Translations under genes and position numbers: made by a program
Shown here: in pieces, positions 15,111-26,786 of the stretch
How the letters are laid out: every line of letters starts with the position of its first letter
Position numbering within the stretch: the first letter of the stretch is position 1
Notes under the pieces: generated by a model
Seen by the model: the letters and a program-made list of their open reading frames with translations, nothing else
Told to the model about the DNA's origin: nothing
Databases searched by the model: none
From: Cyanophora paradoxa CCMP329
Lineage: Eukaryota; Plantae; Glaucophyta
Length of the DNA: 64,000 nt
Assembly: GCA_004431415.1 (NCBI GenBank)
Contig: QPMI01000706.1
Span: 1-64,000, forward strand
Direction: 5' to 3'

Positions 15111-15402
15111 ATATAAATTAAGATCTTTAGATATATATATAAATATACATATATATATATAATTATTATATCGATATATCTCTATAATTTAAATATATCA
15201 TAGATTCGTTTCAGATAAAACTTCACTAAAATTATTTTATATATTTACTTTGTGAACTACCCATCTATATTTTACTATAATAATTATATATGTATATATA
15301 TATATATCTATTAGGAATATTAAAATTTAGTAATCACTTTACAAAAAAGTTTAAAAATATATTTTATTTTTTCTTAAAAATAAGTTACAATAATGAATAG
15401 AA

Positions 15403-15419
15403 CGCGGAGTAGAGCAGTT

Positions 15420-15451
<32 letters not shown>

Positions 15452-15476
15452 AGTGGTTCAAATCCACTCTCCGCAA
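15403..15476 (+). tRNA. trnfM: Initiator tRNA-fMet(CAU)
   Basis: C1:A72 mismatch; GGG/CCC pairs in the anticodon stem TCGGG-CTCATAA-CCCGA. Confidence 0.96.
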
Positions 15477-15499
15477 GTTAAGTTATTAAACCGATTTTA

Positions 15500-15979
15500 T
15501 TATTGAATTAATAAAGTAAACCCCAAAATTAAAATTACAACCCCCAAAGTTTGTTTTAAACGATTTAAAACAGGTCTAACTTGATAAATTCCAATAAGAC
15601 GATCTTGAATTAAAACTTCAGAAGATTTTACCCAAATTTGACCATCATACCATCCGGATTCTTCATAAGATACAGTTGCACTAAGTAAACGTTGACAAAT
15701 ATAAGACCAACCTAAATAAAGTCTAAGTAAATCAAGAATTAAAACAAAATTACCTCCAATAATTCCATGTACAAAAATATTAACAGGATGAACTATAAAA
15801 AGATCATTATAAAAAGTTATTAAAAATGTTAATAAAAAACCAATGGAATAAATAGTAAACAAATAAAAAAAATAAATTTTTAACTTTTGGGATGGCCAAT
15901 TAAATAAAACCGAATTATTTAATATCTGATATTCATTTAAAGGTTGCTGTTCCGTTGGAATAGGACAAAAAGTGCACAT
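15500..15979 (-). CDS. ycf36: Ycf36 (CGLD27/DUF1230-type) membrane protein
   Basis: CPIPTEQQPLNEY, RLYLGWSY..RL.SATV.YEESGWYDGQIWVK. Confidence 0.92.
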   Translation of the reverse strand: MCTFCPIPTEQQPLNEYQILNNSVLFNWPSQKLKIYFFYLFTIYSIGFLLTFLITFYNDLFIVHPVNIFVHGIIGGNFVLILDLLRLYLGWSYICQRLLSATVSYEESGWYDGQIWVKSSEVLIQDRLIGIYQVRPVLNRLKQTLGVVILILGFTLLIQ

Positions 15980-16020
15980 AAAAATAGAAAAAGATAAAGA
16001 GAAAAGCTTGTAAATAAAAT

Positions 16021-16347
16021 CTAAAAAAACGATGGAGTTTCATTATTAGGGGCTTGTAATTTAACTGTTTTTGGAACAAAAAAATATAATTTTTCCCGTA
16101 TACATGTTTTATCGCCTCCTAAAGCGTAAGTCGCACCAGCTAAAGAATCTAAAATTCGTTGGGCTAAAGGATAATCAATATGTTCAAAATTAAAAACAAC
16201 AGCTTTGTTAATACGAAGTGCGTCTAAACTTTGCATTAAATAATATTCAATTTCTTCTTCTTTGAGTGGCTTAAGAACAACAATATCAAATTTTTTATTG
16301 TTGTATTGGTCGTAATTATAAAACGAATTGGTATAATCAAATGTCAT
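16021..16347 (-). CDS. sepF: SepF-like cell-division protein (Ycf50)
   Basis: IVVLKP...DALR..KAVVFNF.....AQRILD.LAGATYALGG....I....YFFVP matches the SepF core. Confidence 0.85.
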   Translation of the reverse strand: MTFDYTNSFYNYDQYNNKKFDIVVLKPLKEEEIEYYLMQSLDALRINKAVVFNFEHIDYPLAQRILDSLAGATYALGGDKTCIREKLYFFVPKTVKLQAPNNETPSFF

Positions 16348-16451
16348 AAGAAAATTAATGTCTATGTTTAATATTTTTATTTAATAATAGAATATAAAAA
16401 TAATAAATTGATAAAAATCCAACATTTTTATAAAAAAAAAATAAGGAAATA

Positions 16452-16523
16452 CTGGGGTGGAAGGATTCGAACCTCCGAATAGCGGAACCAAAATCAGCTG
16501 CCTTGCCACTTGGCGACACCCCA
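16452..16523 (-). tRNA. trnQ: tRNA-Gln(UUG)
   Basis: TGGGGTG acceptor, anticodon loop TTTTGGT; one U:C mismatch in the anticodon stem. Confidence 0.93.
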
Positions 16524-16708
16524 AAGTTAATAAAAAATGAATGGAAATTTATTCTTATTTAAAAGCGAAAAATTTGAAATTACAATTTCAATTCTAATTA
16601 TATTATACAAAATTTTTTTTAGATAACAAGTAGTTAATAAATATTTACTAAATAAATTTATTAAAAACTTTAAAATAATTGTATAATTTAAATATTCTAT
16701 AATTTGAT

Positions 16709-16738
16709 TTGACAAATTCATGTTAAGTTCGATATAGT
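16709..16738 (+). promoter_or_regulatory. Sigma70-type promoter of the rps12-rps7-tufA-rps10 operon
   Basis: TTGACA-18 nt-TATAGT, ending 47 nt upstream of the rps12 ATG. Confidence 0.7.
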
Positions 16739-16785
16739 AAACAATGAAAAATTCAAGTAGATAGAAGGTTCGAAAACTACTTACA

Positions 16786-17160
16786 ATGCCAACAATTCAA
16801 CAGTTAATTCGATCTAAACGTACAAAAATTGAGAAAAAGACTAAATCTCCGGCTTTAAAAGCTTGCCCTCAACGAAGAGGGGTTTGTACACGTGTTTATA
16901 CTACCACTCCGAAAAAACCAAATTCTGCTCTACGAAAAGTAGCGAGGGTTCGTTTAACTTCTGGTTTTGAAGTAACAGCTTATATTCCAGGAATTGGTCA
17001 TAATTTACAAGAACATTCAGTTGTTCTTGTTCGTGGAGGAAGGGTAAAAGATTTACCAGGTGTTCGTTATCATATTGTTCGTGGTGCACTTGATGCAGCC
17101 GGAGTTAAAGATCGTCGTCAAAGTCGTTCAAAATATGGTGCAAAACGACCAAAAGCATAA
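16786..17160 (+). CDS. rps12: 30S ribosomal protein S12
   Basis: [19 protein letters not shown]. Confidence 0.99.
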   Translation: MPTIQQLIRSKRTKIEKKTKSPALKACPQRRGVCTRVYTTTPKKPNSALRKVARVRLTSGFEVTAYIPGIGHNLQEHSVVLVRGGRVKDLPGVRYHIVRGALDAAGVKDRRQSRSKYGAKRPKA

Positions 17161-17194
17161 TTTTATAAAAAAAAACTATAATTGGATTTAATTT

Positions 17195-17665
17195 ATGTCT
17201 CGTCGTAGTACTGCCAAAAAACGTCTAATTTTACCAGACCCTATTTATAATAGTAGATTAGTTACATTGTTAATTAATCATATGTTAAAAGATGGAAAAA
17301 AATCTATTGCACGAAGCTTTATTTATGAAGCTTTAAAAATTATTGAAGAAAAAAAAGGTTCAGATCCACTTGAAGTTTTAGAACAAGCTGTTCGTAATTC
17401 AACTCCTTTAATTGAAGTTAAAGCACGCCGAATTGGAGGTTCAACTTATCAAGTTCCAATGGAAGTACGTGTAGATAGAGGTATTACTTTAGCTTTACGC
17501 TGGTTAACACGTTTTTCTTTACAACGTCCTGGAAAAACGATTGCTGTTAAATTAGCAAATGAATTAATTGATGCTGCTAATGAAACAGGCAATACAATTA
17601 AAAAACGAGAAGAAATGCATCGTATGGCTGAAGCTAATAAAGCATTTGTTCATTATCGATATTAA
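17195..17665 (+). CDS. rps7: 30S ribosomal protein S7
   Basis: [21 protein letters not shown]. Confidence 0.99.
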   Translation: MSRRSTAKKRLILPDPIYNSRLVTLLINHMLKDGKKSIARSFIYEALKIIEEKKGSDPLEVLEQAVRNSTPLIEVKARRIGGSTYQVPMEVRVDRGITLALRWLTRFSLQRPGKTIAVKLANELIDAANETGNTIKKREEMHRMAEANKAFVHYRY

Positions 17666-17799
17666 TTAGGAAGATAATTTGATTATTTTGAAAGAAATTA
17701 TTACTTAAAATAAAAATATTTTATTTTCAAAATATAATTCTTTATTATCAAAATCAAAGGGAACTCTAAAAAAAAAACTAACAAAGGATTTTTAAATTT

Positions 17800-19029
17800 A
17801 TGGCAAGACAGAAATTTGAACGAAATAAACCACATGTAAACATTGGTACTATTGGTCACGTTGACCATGGAAAAACTACCTTAACTGCTGCAATTACAAC
17901 TGCTCTAGCATCCCAAGGTAAAGGAAAAGCTCGTAAATATGATGAAATTGATGCTGCTCCAGAAGAAAAAGCACGTGGTATTACTATTAATACTGCACAC
18001 GTAGAATATGAGACTGAAAAACGTCATTATGCACACGTAGATTGCCCAGGACACGCAGATTATGTGAAAAACATGATTACAGGTGCAGCTCAAATGGACG
18101 GAGCTATTTTAGTTGTTTCTGCAGCTGATGGTCCAATGCCTCAAACTCGTGAACATATTCTGTTAGCAAAACAAGTTGGTGTTCCGAACATGGTTGTTTT
18201 CTTAAATAAAGAAGACCAAATTGATGACGCTGATTTATTAGAATTAGTAGAATTAGAAGTTCGTGAATTATTAAGCAAATATGATTTCCCAGGTGATCAA
18301 ATTCCGTTCGTTAGTGGTTCTGCGTTATTAGCTTTAGAAAGTCTAAGTTCTAATCCAAAACTTATGCGTGGCGAAGATAAATGGGTAGATAAAATTCTTG
18401 CTTTAATGGATGCAGTTGATGAATATATTCCTACTCCAGAACGTCCAATCGATAAATCTTTCTTAATGGCAATTGAAGATGTTTTCTCTATTACCGGTCG
18501 TGGTACAGTAGCTACTGGTAGAATTGAAAGAGGTGCTATTAAGGTTGGTGAAACAGTTGAATTAGTAGGTTTAAAAGATACTAAATCAACAACAGTTACT
18601 GGTTTAGAAATGTTCCAAAAAACATTAGAAGAAGGGATGGCTGGTGATAACATCGGTATTCTTCTTCGTGGTGTTCAAAAAACTGATATTGAGCGTGGTA
18701 TGGTTTTAGCAAAACCAGGTTCTATTACTCCACATACTCAATTTGAATCTGAAGTTTATGTATTAACAAAAGATGAAGGTGGTCGTCATACTCCATTCTT
18801 CTCTGGATATCGTCCACAATTTTATGTACGTACTACTGATGTTACTGGTAGCATTGATGCGTTTACTGCAGATGATGGTAGTAATGCAGAAATGGTTATG
18901 CCAGGAGATCGTATTAAAATGACAGTAAGTTTAGTACATCCAATTGCGATTGAACAAGGTATGCGTTTCGCGATTCGTGAAGGTGGTCGTACAATTGGTG
19001 CAGGTGTAGTTTCTAAGATTTTAAAATAA
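17800..19029 (+). CDS. tufA: Elongation factor Tu
   Basis: [17 protein letters not shown]. Confidence 0.99.
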   Translation: MARQKFERNKPHVNIGTIGHVDHGKTTLTAAITTALASQGKGKARKYDEIDAAPEEKARGITINTAHVEYETEKRHYAHVDCPGHADYVKNMITGAAQMDGAILVVSAADGPMPQTREHILLAKQVGVPNMVVFLNKEDQIDDADLLELVELEVRELLSKYDFPGDQIPFVSGSALLALESLSSNPKLMRGEDKWVDKILALMDAVDEYIPTPERPIDKSFLMAIEDVFSITGRGTVATGRIERGAIKVGETVELVGLKDTKSTTVTGLEMFQKTLEEGMAGDNIGILLRGVQKTDIERGMVLAKPGSITPHTQFESEVYVLTKDEGGRHTPFFSGYRPQFYVRTTDVTGSIDAFTADDGSNAEMVMPGDRIKMTVSLVHPIAIEQGMRFAIREGGRTIGAGVVSKILK

Positions 19030-19115
19030 TTAAAATCTAAATTTTAGAGAGAAATAGAAAATGTATTTATTTCTCTCTTTTTAATTTAAAAAATAAAAAT
19101 TAAAAATTAAAAATT

Positions 19116-19433
19116 ATGGCCAGTAATCAACAATTAAAAATTCGTATTCAACTACGTTCTTATGACTCTTCATTATTAGAAAACTCATGTGAACAAATTA
19201 TTGAAGCTGCAAAACGAACTGATGCTACAGCAGTAGGACCTATTCCTTTACCAACAAAAAAGAAAATTTATTGCGTTTTACGTTCCCCACATGTAGATAA
19301 AGATTCACGAGAACATTTCGAAATTAGAGTTCATCGCAGAATAATTGATTTATATTTACCATCTTCCAAAACAATTGATACTTTAACTCGTTTAGATTTA
19401 CCAGCAGGTGTTGATGTGGAAGTTAAACTTTAG
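19116..19433 (+). CDS. rps10: 30S ribosomal protein S10
   Basis: [21 protein letters not shown]. Confidence 0.99.
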   Translation: MASNQQLKIRIQLRSYDSSLLENSCEQIIEAAKRTDATAVGPIPLPTKKKIYCVLRSPHVDKDSREHFEIRVHRRIIDLYLPSSKTIDTLTRLDLPAGVDVEVKL

Positions 19434-19450
19434 TTTTTTTTTGAATTAAG

Positions 19451-19498
19451 AAAATCTAAATAATAAAATAGAGATTTCTATTTTATTATTTAGATTTT
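19451..19498. terminator. Inverted repeat between convergent rps10 and petF
   Basis: AAAATCTAAATAATAAAATAGA-GATT-TCTATTTTATTATTTAGATTTT. Confidence 0.8.
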
Positions 19499-19505
19499 TT
19501 ATTTT

Positions 19506-19805
19506 TTAGTAAAGAGATTCTTCTTGGTGAGTTTTAACTGTACAGTCAGAAGATGGGTATGCTACACAAGTTAATACATAACCAGCTGCTAATTGAGCGT
19601 CATCTAAGAAAGATTGATCAGATTGATCTACAGTTCCTTCTACCACTTTACCTGCACAAGTAGAACATGCACCTGCACGACAGGAGTATGGTAAATCAAT
19701 ACCTTGTTCTTCTGCTGCATCAAGAATGTACTCATCATCTGGACATTCAATAGTGGTATCTAAACCTTGTTCTTCACAAATAAGACGAACTTTATATACT
19801 GCCAT
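19506..19805 (-). CDS. petF: Plant-type [2Fe-2S] ferredoxin
   Basis: [13 protein letters not shown]...VLTCVAYP. Confidence 0.99.
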
Positions 19806-20245
19806 AAAATACTATCTCCTAAATAATTATAGTTACAAGGTAGAACTTTTAATAATTTAATTTAAATTATTTTAATCTAAAATATATATATATATAAATT
19901 TATTTTTATTATTTTTTCAGTTAATTATAAATTTATATTTAAAGTTTACCATGTTTATTAATTTTTTTTTAATATGTTTTAATTGCTTTTTTCGAAAAAC
20001 TTAATTTTTTCTATTTAAAATTAAATTTTTATAAAGAAAAAAAAGGAAAATTTAAATTTAGTATCGATTTTTAAAAAAAATTAATATATACTATAAATAT
20101 AGATATATATTTTTATTTATTTACATATCTTAGATAAGATCTAGATTTAGATATATCTAAACAGAAATAGCTAAAGTATACAGATCAATATATAAATATC
20201 TAGAAAATATTTAAACAACTAAAGTTTAAATTCATATAACGAAAA

Positions 20246-20333
20246 GGAGAGATGGCCGAGTGGTTGAAGGCGCAGCACTGGAAATGCTGTTTAAGGTTTT
20301 CCCTTAACGAGGGTTCGAATCCCTCTCTCTCCG
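20246..20333 (+). tRNA. trnS: tRNA-Ser(GGA)
   Basis: CAGCA-CTGGAAA-TGCTG, long variable arm. Confidence 0.96.
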
Positions 20334-20549
20334 TTTATTATTATTATTCTTATTATTAAGAACCAAAAAAAGGTTAAATCTAAAAAACTATATTAAATAC
20401 AAATTTATTCTTATTAAATCTGTTTTTTTTTAGTTAATATTAAACTTTAAATTTGGGTATTCATAGATTATGATTAATAAAGAAACAAATAGAATATTTT
20501 ATAATATTCAATATTTCAATTTAAATTAACTTTTTAGGAGACTGAAACT

Positions 20550-20747
20550 ATGTTAATTGCATTTCAAGGTGCTGTATTTGCTTTAGTTCTTTTATCCTTC
20601 GTATTAATCGTTGCTGTTCCTGTTGCTTTAGCATCTCCTGGTGAATGGGAACGTTCTCAACGTTTAATCTACGCAGGCGCTGCTTTATGGACTTCTTTAA
20701 TTATTGTTATTGGTGTTCTTGATTCTGTTGTAGCAAATCAAGCATAA
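20550..20747 (+). CDS. psbZ: Photosystem II protein Z (Ycf9)
   Basis: FQ.AVFALV..SF.LIVAVPV..ASP..W; two TM helices. Confidence 0.96.
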   Translation: MLIAFQGAVFALVLLSFVLIVAVPVALASPGEWERSQRLIYAGAALWTSLIIVIGVLDSVVANQA

Positions 20748-20866
20748 TTAAAAAAAAATTTATTTCCATAAAATTTTTTATGGAAATATTTTTTTATAAA
20801 AAATTTCTTTAATTAAAGTTGACAATTTGACCTTACTTGTATCATAATATAAGTATAGAAAAAATT

Positions 20867-20939
20867 GCGGGTGTAGCTCAGCTGGTAGAGCGCAACCTTG
20901 CCAAGGTTGATGTCGCGCGTTCGAATCGCGTCACCCGCT
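20867..20939 (+). tRNA. trnG: tRNA-Gly(GCC)
   Basis: CAACC-TTGCCAA-GGTTG. Confidence 0.96.
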
Positions 20940-21028
20940 TACTTAAATAATTTAAAGAATACTATAAAAAATAAAAATATTTAATAATAAATATCTTTAT
21001 TTTTTATAGTATTTTCTTTTTTTAACTT

Positions 21029-21244
21029 TTAACTTTCACGATTAACAAACGGTAATAATGCTAAAACTCGAGCTTGTTTAATAGCTTTTGTTACAGCACG
21101 TTGTTGTTTTGCTGTTAATCCAGTTACACGACGTGGTAAAATTTTACCTTGGTCAGTAATAAAAGTACGTAATAATTCTACATCTTGATAATCAATTACT
21201 TGATTCGGTTTTAACGGAGATAAACGACGACGATATACAGACAT
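21029..21244 (-). CDS. rps18: 30S ribosomal protein S18
   Basis: IDYQDV.LL..FI...GKILPRR.TG...K.QR....AIKQAR.LALLPF. Confidence 0.98.
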   Translation of the reverse strand: MSVYRRRLSPLKPNQVIDYQDVELLRTFITDQGKILPRRVTGLTAKQQRAVTKAIKQARVLALLPFVNRES

Positions 21245-21277
21245 AATGAAATGTTTGGTTTTTTATACTAACTAAAA

Positions 21278-21472
21278 TTATTTAATTTCTCTGTGTAATA
21301 CGTGTTTTTTACAGTATGGACAAAATTTATTTAATTCAAGACGATTAGGAGTATTTCTTCTATTTTTTTTAGTAGCATAACGAGAAACACCACCACCTAA
21401 TCTTTCACCATTAGATCTACATTCTGTACATTCTAATGTTACTAAAATACGAACACCTTTAGCACGAGCCAT
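21278..21472 (-). CDS. rpl33: 50S ribosomal protein L33 (four Cys retained)
   Basis: LECTEC...[25 protein letters not shown]. Confidence 0.98.
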   Translation of the reverse strand: MARAKGVRILVTLECTECRSNGERLGGGVSRYATKKNRRNTPNRLELNKFCPYCKKHVLHREIK

Positions 21473-21595
21473 ATTGATTAATTCTTAAAATGATTATTGT
21501 ATTGTTTATTATAATAATTTATTATAACTTGTTTTTTGTTATTTAGTTTGAAAAATACAGTATTATTTAGTTATATTTTTTAAGAAAAAATTATT

Positions 21596-21904
21596 ATGAA
21601 TGTATTATCCTACTTTACTTGGTTTGTTCATTTATCTTCAGTTTTAGAATGGTTAAATATTATTTATTTTTTTTTACTCTATACTAAACTAAAAAAAAAT
21701 CTTTCTTTAAAAACATTTATTTTTTCATTTTTTATATCATTTTGTAGTGCATTATGTGCTTGTACTTTGCATTTTTTTAATAATCAGAGTTTTTATTATT
21801 TTTTAATAAATTTACAAAGTTTTTTAACTTTATTTGCAAATATAACTTTATATTTCTCAATTTTAATTTATAAACAACAGATTTTAAAAAATCAAAACTA
21901 CTAG
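21596..21904 (+). CDS. ycf49: Ycf49-like small membrane protein
   Basis: LS..TW..H.SSVLEW and SALCACT.HFFNN motifs. Confidence 0.8.
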   Translation: MNVLSYFTWFVHLSSVLEWLNIIYFFLLYTKLKKNLSLKTFIFSFFISFCSALCACTLHFFNNQSFYYFLINLQSFLTLFANITLYFSILIYKQQILKNQNY

Positions 21905-22028
21905 ATGGAATAACAATATAATGTTATTATATACATTTATAATACAACCTATTTTTTTATTTGAAAATCGTATTTAATAAATAAAAAATGTATTGCTCTA
22001 ATATAATCAAACAAAAGGAAGGAATTTT

Positions 22029-22658
22029 GTGTCGATAGGTATTCTTGGTACAAAATTGGGCATGACGCAAATTTTTGATGAAGCAGGAAATGCTATTCCT
22101 GTAACCATTATACAAGCCGGACCATGTCCCATTACGCAAATAAAAACAACAGCGACTGATGGATATAATGCCATTCAAGTTGGTTATAGAGAAACTAAAG
22201 AAAAAAATCTAACAAAAGCTCAATTAGGACATTTACAAAAAACAAATAATTCAGCTTTAAGAGTATTACAAGAATTTTCAATTGAATCATCTGATTCTAT
22301 TGAAGTTGAAAAGCCAATTACAGTTGAATTGTTTAATGATAATGATATTGTCAATATTCAAGGATATAGTATTGGACGAGGATTTTCTGGTTATCAAAAA
22401 CGACATAATTTTGCTCGTGGTCCTATGAGTCACGGTTCAAAAAATCACCGTTTACCAGGTTCCATTGGAGCAGGTAGTACACCAGGACGTGTTTACCCAG
22501 GTACTCGAATGGCAGGTAGAAAAGGCGACAGCAAAATTACAATTCGTGGTTTGAAGATTGTAAAAGTAGATTCTGAACGTAGTTTATTAATTGTTAAAGG
22601 ATCTGTACCAGGTAAACCTGGAGGATTATTAACAATAACTCAAGTTAAAAAAGTTTAA
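22029..22658 (+). CDS. rpl3: 50S ribosomal protein L3 (GTG start)
   Basis: [29 protein letters not shown]. Confidence 0.99.
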   Translation: MSIGILGTKLGMTQIFDEAGNAIPVTIIQAGPCPITQIKTTATDGYNAIQVGYRETKEKNLTKAQLGHLQKTNNSALRVLQEFSIESSDSIEVEKPITVELFNDNDIVNIQGYSIGRGFSGYQKRHNFARGPMSHGSKNHRLPGSIGAGSTPGRVYPGTRMAGRKGDSKITIRGLKIVKVDSERSLLIVKGSVPGKPGGLLTITQVKKV

Positions 22659-22719
22659 GATTTTTAAAGATGATTCTTTAAATCATTTAACAAATTTATA
22701 AATTCAAATAAAAAAGATT

Positions 22720-23547
22720 ATGGCCATTCGTTCTTATAAGGCATATACGCCAGGCACTAGAAATCGGACAATTTCCGAATTTAGTGAAATTACCAAATCA
22801 GAACCTGAAAAAAGTTTAACTTTTTTAAAACATCGTAAAAAAGGTAGAAATAACCGTGGTATTATAACAACCGCTCATAAAGGCGGTGGTTCTAAACGTC
22901 TTTATCGTATTATTGATTTTAAACGTGATTTAAAATTAGTTCCTGCTAAAGTTGCTGCAATTGAATATGATCCAAATCGTAATGCCCGCATTGCCTTATT
23001 ACATTATCAAAATGGTGAAAAAGGTTATATTCTGCACGCACGTGGATTAGCTGTAGGCAATATGGTTTATTCTGGACCAAATGCTCCAATTGAAGTAGGG
23101 AATTCTTTACCTTTAAGTGAAATTCCTTTAGCAACTGAAATTCATAATATTGAATTAACCCCAGGTAAAGGAGGACAATTAGTTCGATCCGCTGGAAGTT
23201 CTGCTCAATTACTAGCGAAAGAAGGTAATTATGTTACTTTACGCTTACCATCTGGTGAGATGAGATTTGTTCGAAAAGAATGTTATGCGACTATTGGACA
23301 AATAGGTAATGCAGAGATTAGTAATATTAGTATTGGGAAAGCAGGAAGAAATCGTTGGTTAGGAATTCGTCCAACAGTTCGTGGTGTTGTGAAAAACCCT
23401 GTAGATCACCCGCATGGTGGTGGTGAAGGTCGTGCTCCAATTGGACGTAGTACTCCTGTAACACCATGGGGTAAACCAGCTTTAGGACGAAGAACTCGAC
23501 GTACTAAAAAGTACAGTGATAATTTAATTATTCGTCGACGTAAATAA
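22720..23547 (+). CDS. rpl2: 50S ribosomal protein L2
   Basis: [18 protein letters not shown]. Confidence 0.99.
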   Translation: MAIRSYKAYTPGTRNRTISEFSEITKSEPEKSLTFLKHRKKGRNNRGIITTAHKGGGSKRLYRIIDFKRDLKLVPAKVAAIEYDPNRNARIALLHYQNGEKGYILHARGLAVGNMVYSGPNAPIEVGNSLPLSEIPLATEIHNIELTPGKGGQLVRSAGSSAQLLAKEGNYVTLRLPSGEMRFVRKECYATIGQIGNAEISNISIGKAGRNRWLGIRPTVRGVVKNPVDHPHGGGEGRAPIGRSTPVTPWGKPALGRRTRRTKKYSDNLIIRRRK

Positions 23548-23605
23548 TTTATAAATTATCGTATTAGTTAACAGTTTATTCTTTTATAAAAATTAGATTC
23601 TAAAA

Positions 23606-23884
23606 ATGGCACGTTCTTTGAAAAAAGGTCCTTTTATTGCTCACCATTTATTAAAAAAAGTAGAATTATTAAATACGTCTGGTAAAACTGAAGTTATTAA
23701 AACTTGGTCTCGCGCATCTACAATTTTACCCATGATGGTTGGGCATACGATAGCAGTTCATAATGGTCGTCAACATTTACCAGTTTTTATTACTGATCAA
23801 ATGGTGGGACATAAATTAGGAGAATTTGCTCCTACACGTACTTTTAAAGGACATACTAAAAGTGATAAAAAAGCACGTAGATAA
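23606..23884 (+). CDS. rps19: 30S ribosomal protein S19
   Basis: [19 protein letters not shown]. Confidence 0.99.
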   Translation: MARSLKKGPFIAHHLLKKVELLNTSGKTEVIKTWSRASTILPMMVGHTIAVHNGRQHLPVFITDQMVGHKLGEFAPTRTFKGHTKSDKKARR

Positions 23885-23905
23885 AAATTAAAATTTAAAT
23901 AAATT

Positions 23906-24250
23906 ATGGCTACTGAAGTAAAAGCAATTGCAAAATATGTTCGAACTTCTCCACAAAAAGTTCGACGAATATTAGATCAAATTCGTGGTAAATCCTACAA
24001 GGAAGCCGTTATGCTTTTAAGTGTAATGCCTTATAAAGCTTGTAGTATAATCTTAAAAATTGTTGATTCCGCTGCAGCAAATGCTCAAGTTACAAAAGGA
24101 TTCAATAAAAATAAATTAATTATTAGTAAAACTTTTGTTGACAAAGGTCCAACTTTAAAACGTTTTCGTCCTCGTGCACAAGGACGAGGTTATAAAATTT
24201 TAAAACCGACCTGTCATATTACAGTGCAAGTACAAGATCAAAGTTTATAA
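23906..24250 (+). CDS. rpl22: 50S ribosomal protein L22
   Basis: [10 protein letters not shown]...K.TCHIT. Confidence 0.99.
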   Translation: MATEVKAIAKYVRTSPQKVRRILDQIRGKSYKEAVMLLSVMPYKACSIILKIVDSAAANAQVTKGFNKNKLIISKTFVDKGPTLKRFRPRAQGRGYKILKPTCHITVQVQDQSL

Positions 24251-24296
24251 TTTTCCATTTATATTTCATTAATTAAATTAAAGGATATCAATTCGA

Positions 24297-24956
24297 GTGG
24301 GACAAAAAATTCATCCAATTGGATTTCGTCTTGGTATAACACAGAAACATCGTTCATGTTGGTTTGCTAATCCAAAACAATATCCGACTCTTTTACAAGA
24401 AGATCATCTAATTCGTCAATATATTGAAAAAAATTTAAGTAATGCTGGAATTGCTCAGATTTATATTCAACGAAAAGCAGATCGTATCGAATTAGAATTA
24501 CGAACTGCTCGTCCAGGTGTTGTTGTTGGTCGAGGCGGAGCTGGAATTGAAGTTTTACGAAAAGGATTAAAAGATTTATTAGGCGAACAAAAACAAATTC
24601 GCATTAATGTTATCGAAGTTAAACAAATTGATGCTGAAGCAGCATTAATTGGTGAATTTATTACACAACAATTAGAACGACGTGTAGCATTCCGTCGAAT
24701 TGTTCGAAAAGCAATTACAAGAGCTCAACGAGCAGGAATTGAAGGTATTAAAATTCAAATTTCTGGTCGTTTAAATGGCGCGGAAATTGCACGTAGTGAA
24801 TGGTCCCGTGAAGGTCGAGTACCATTACAAACTTTACGCGCAGAAATTGATTATTCCTATAAACGCGCACAAACAATTTATGGTGTTTTAGGTGTTAAAG
24901 TATGGATTTTTAAAGGAGAAGTTATTCCTGGTAATCCAACAGAGATTTCTGAGTAA
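24297..24956 (+). CDS. rps3: 30S ribosomal protein S3 (GTG start)
   Basis: [25 protein letters not shown]. Confidence 0.99.
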   Translation: MGQKIHPIGFRLGITQKHRSCWFANPKQYPTLLQEDHLIRQYIEKNLSNAGIAQIYIQRKADRIELELRTARPGVVVGRGGAGIEVLRKGLKDLLGEQKQIRINVIEVKQIDAEAALIGEFITQQLERRVAFRRIVRKAITRAQRAGIEGIKIQISGRLNGAEIARSEWSREGRVPLQTLRAEIDYSYKRAQTIYGVLGVKVWIFKGEVIPGNPTEISE

Positions 24957-25014
24957 TAGAATTTATTAATTTATATTTAAAAAATTATTCAAAAAGAAAT
25001 TAGAGAAGTTAAAC

Positions 25015-25422
25015 ATGTTAAGCCCAAGAAGAACAAAATTTAGAAAACAACAACGAGGACGAATGAAAGGAATTAGTACTCGTGGTAATAATTTGGTCTT
25101 TGGTGATTTTGGATTACAAGCTTTAGAACCTGCTTGGATAACCTCCCGTCAAATCGAAGCAAGCCGTCGTGCAATTAATCGTTATGTTCGTCGTGGTGGT
25201 AAAATTTGGATTCGAATTTTCCCTGATAAACCGGTTACAATGCGTCCTGCTGAAACTCGTATGGGATCTGGTAAAGGTGCACCTGAATACTGGGTAGCAA
25301 TTGTAAAACCAGGCCGTGTTATTTTCGAAATAAATGGTGTATCTCAAGAAATGGCGAAAGCAGCTTTACGAATAGCTACTTTTAAATTACCAATTAAAAC
25401 AAAATTTATTTCTCGAGTTTAA
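25015..25422 (+). CDS. rpl16: 50S ribosomal protein L16
   Basis: [18 protein letters not shown]. Confidence 0.99.
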   Translation: MLSPRRTKFRKQQRGRMKGISTRGNNLVFGDFGLQALEPAWITSRQIEASRRAINRYVRRGGKIWIRIFPDKPVTMRPAETRMGSGKGAPEYWVAIVKPGRVIFEINGVSQEMAKAALRIATFKLPIKTKFISRV

Positions 25423-25469
25423 AGTATTTACTATTCAGATGCAAAAATTTAATAAAAGGGGCGATTTTT

Positions 25470-25736
25470 ATGGCGTCTAAGGAAAGAGTCGGTGTAGTTA
25501 TTCGAAATCCACAAGAGAAAACAGTAATTGTTGCTGTTAATAATCGAGTAAGACACAATAAATATTCTAAAATTATTATTCGAACAAAAAAATATCAAGT
25601 TCATGATCATTCTCATATTTGTAAACTTGGTGATGAAGTAAAAATTTCTGAAGTTAAACCTATAAGTAAAACCAAACGTTGGATTATTTCGGAAGTTTTA
25701 TCTTCTACAGTTAATCCTGAAAAATTTGGAGATTAA
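25470..25736 (+). CDS. rps17: 30S ribosomal protein S17
   Basis: [20 protein letters not shown]. Confidence 0.97.
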   Translation: MASKERVGVVIRNPQEKTVIVAVNNRVRHNKYSKIIIRTKKYQVHDHSHICKLGDEVKISEVKPISKTKRWIISEVLSSTVNPEKFGD

Positions 25737-25741
25737 AAGTA

Positions 25742-26110
25742 ATGATTCAACCACAAAGTTATTTAACTGCGGCCGATAATAGTGGAGCTCGTAAATTAAT
25801 GTGTATTCGAGTTCTTGGGGGAGGAAATCGTCGTTATGCTCGAATTGGTGATGTAATTGTCGCTGTAGTAAAAGATGCGATTCCTAATATGCCAATTAAA
25901 AAATCCGATACGGTTAAAGCTGTTATTGTTAGAACTCGAAAAGAGTTAAAACGTGATAATGGTATGAATATCTGTTTTGATGATAATGCAGCGGTAATTA
26001 TTAATGCGGATGGAAATCCTCGTGGAACACGTGTGTTTGGACCTGTAGCTCGTGAATTACGAGATAAAAATTTTACAAAAATTATTTCTTTAGCTCCGGA
26101 AGTATTATAG
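25742..26110 (+). CDS. rpl14: 50S ribosomal protein L14
   Basis: [19 protein letters not shown]. Confidence 0.99.
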   Translation: MIQPQSYLTAADNSGARKLMCIRVLGGGNRRYARIGDVIVAVVKDAIPNMPIKKSDTVKAVIVRTRKELKRDNGMNICFDDNAAVIINADGNPRGTRVFGPVARELRDKNFTKIISLAPEVL

Positions 26111-26217
26111 AAATATTTTTAAACTTAAATTTAATAAAAATTATTTTTGAAAATTTAAGTTAACTATGTACCTCTCTAAATTCAAATTAATTTAAAAATG
26201 TAAAGGATTTACGAATT

Positions 26218-26763
26218 ATGGTTCAACGGTTAAAAACTGTATATGAACAAGAAGTCATTAAACAATTAATGACTCGCTTCCAATATAAAAATATCCATGA
26301 AGTACCAAAATTAAAAAAAATAACTGTAAATCGTGGATTAGGAGAAGCTGCTCAAAATGCAAAGATTTTAGAAGCTTCTGTTAAAGAAATTACTGAAATT
26401 ACCGGTCAAAAAGCTATTGTTACTAGAGCCAAAAAAGCTATTGCTGGTTTTAAATTAAGACAAGATATGCCTATTGGTGTTATGGTTACTTTACGCGGTG
26501 ATTATATGTATGCTTTCTTGGATCGTTTAATTAATTTATCTTTACCAAGAATTCGAGATTTTCGCGGTATTACTGCAAAAAGTTTTGATGGTCGTGGAAA
26601 TTATAATCTTGGTTTAAAAGAACAATTGATTTTTCCAGAAGTTGATTATGATAGTATTGAACAAATTCGCGGTATGGATATTTCAATTGTAACCACTGCA
26701 AAAACAGATCAAGAAGGTCTTGCTTTATTAAAATCTTTAGGCATGCCATTTGCTGAAAGTTAA
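26218..26763 (+). CDS. rpl5: 50S ribosomal protein L5
   Basis: [17 protein letters not shown]. Confidence 0.99.
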   Translation: MVQRLKTVYEQEVIKQLMTRFQYKNIHEVPKLKKITVNRGLGEAAQNAKILEASVKEITEITGQKAIVTRAKKAIAGFKLRQDMPIGVMVTLRGDYMYAFLDRLINLSLPRIRDFRGITAKSFDGRGNYNLGLKEQLIFPEVDYDSIEQIRGMDISIVTTAKTDQEGLALLKSLGMPFAES

Positions 26764-26786
26764 CTTCATTATTATAAGGAGGAAAA

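Noticed and set aside
16527-16721. 64-aa minus-strand ORF upstream of trnQ
   Set aside because: Low-complexity I/L/N/K/F sequence overlapping the rps12 promoter region; expected by chance in AT-rich DNA.
19806-20245. 440-bp AT-rich spacer with several TCTAGA/AGATCT-like motifs as a possible origin or hidden gene
   Set aside because: No convincing ORF, regular repeat spacing or long helix; compatible with divergent promoters for petF and trnS.
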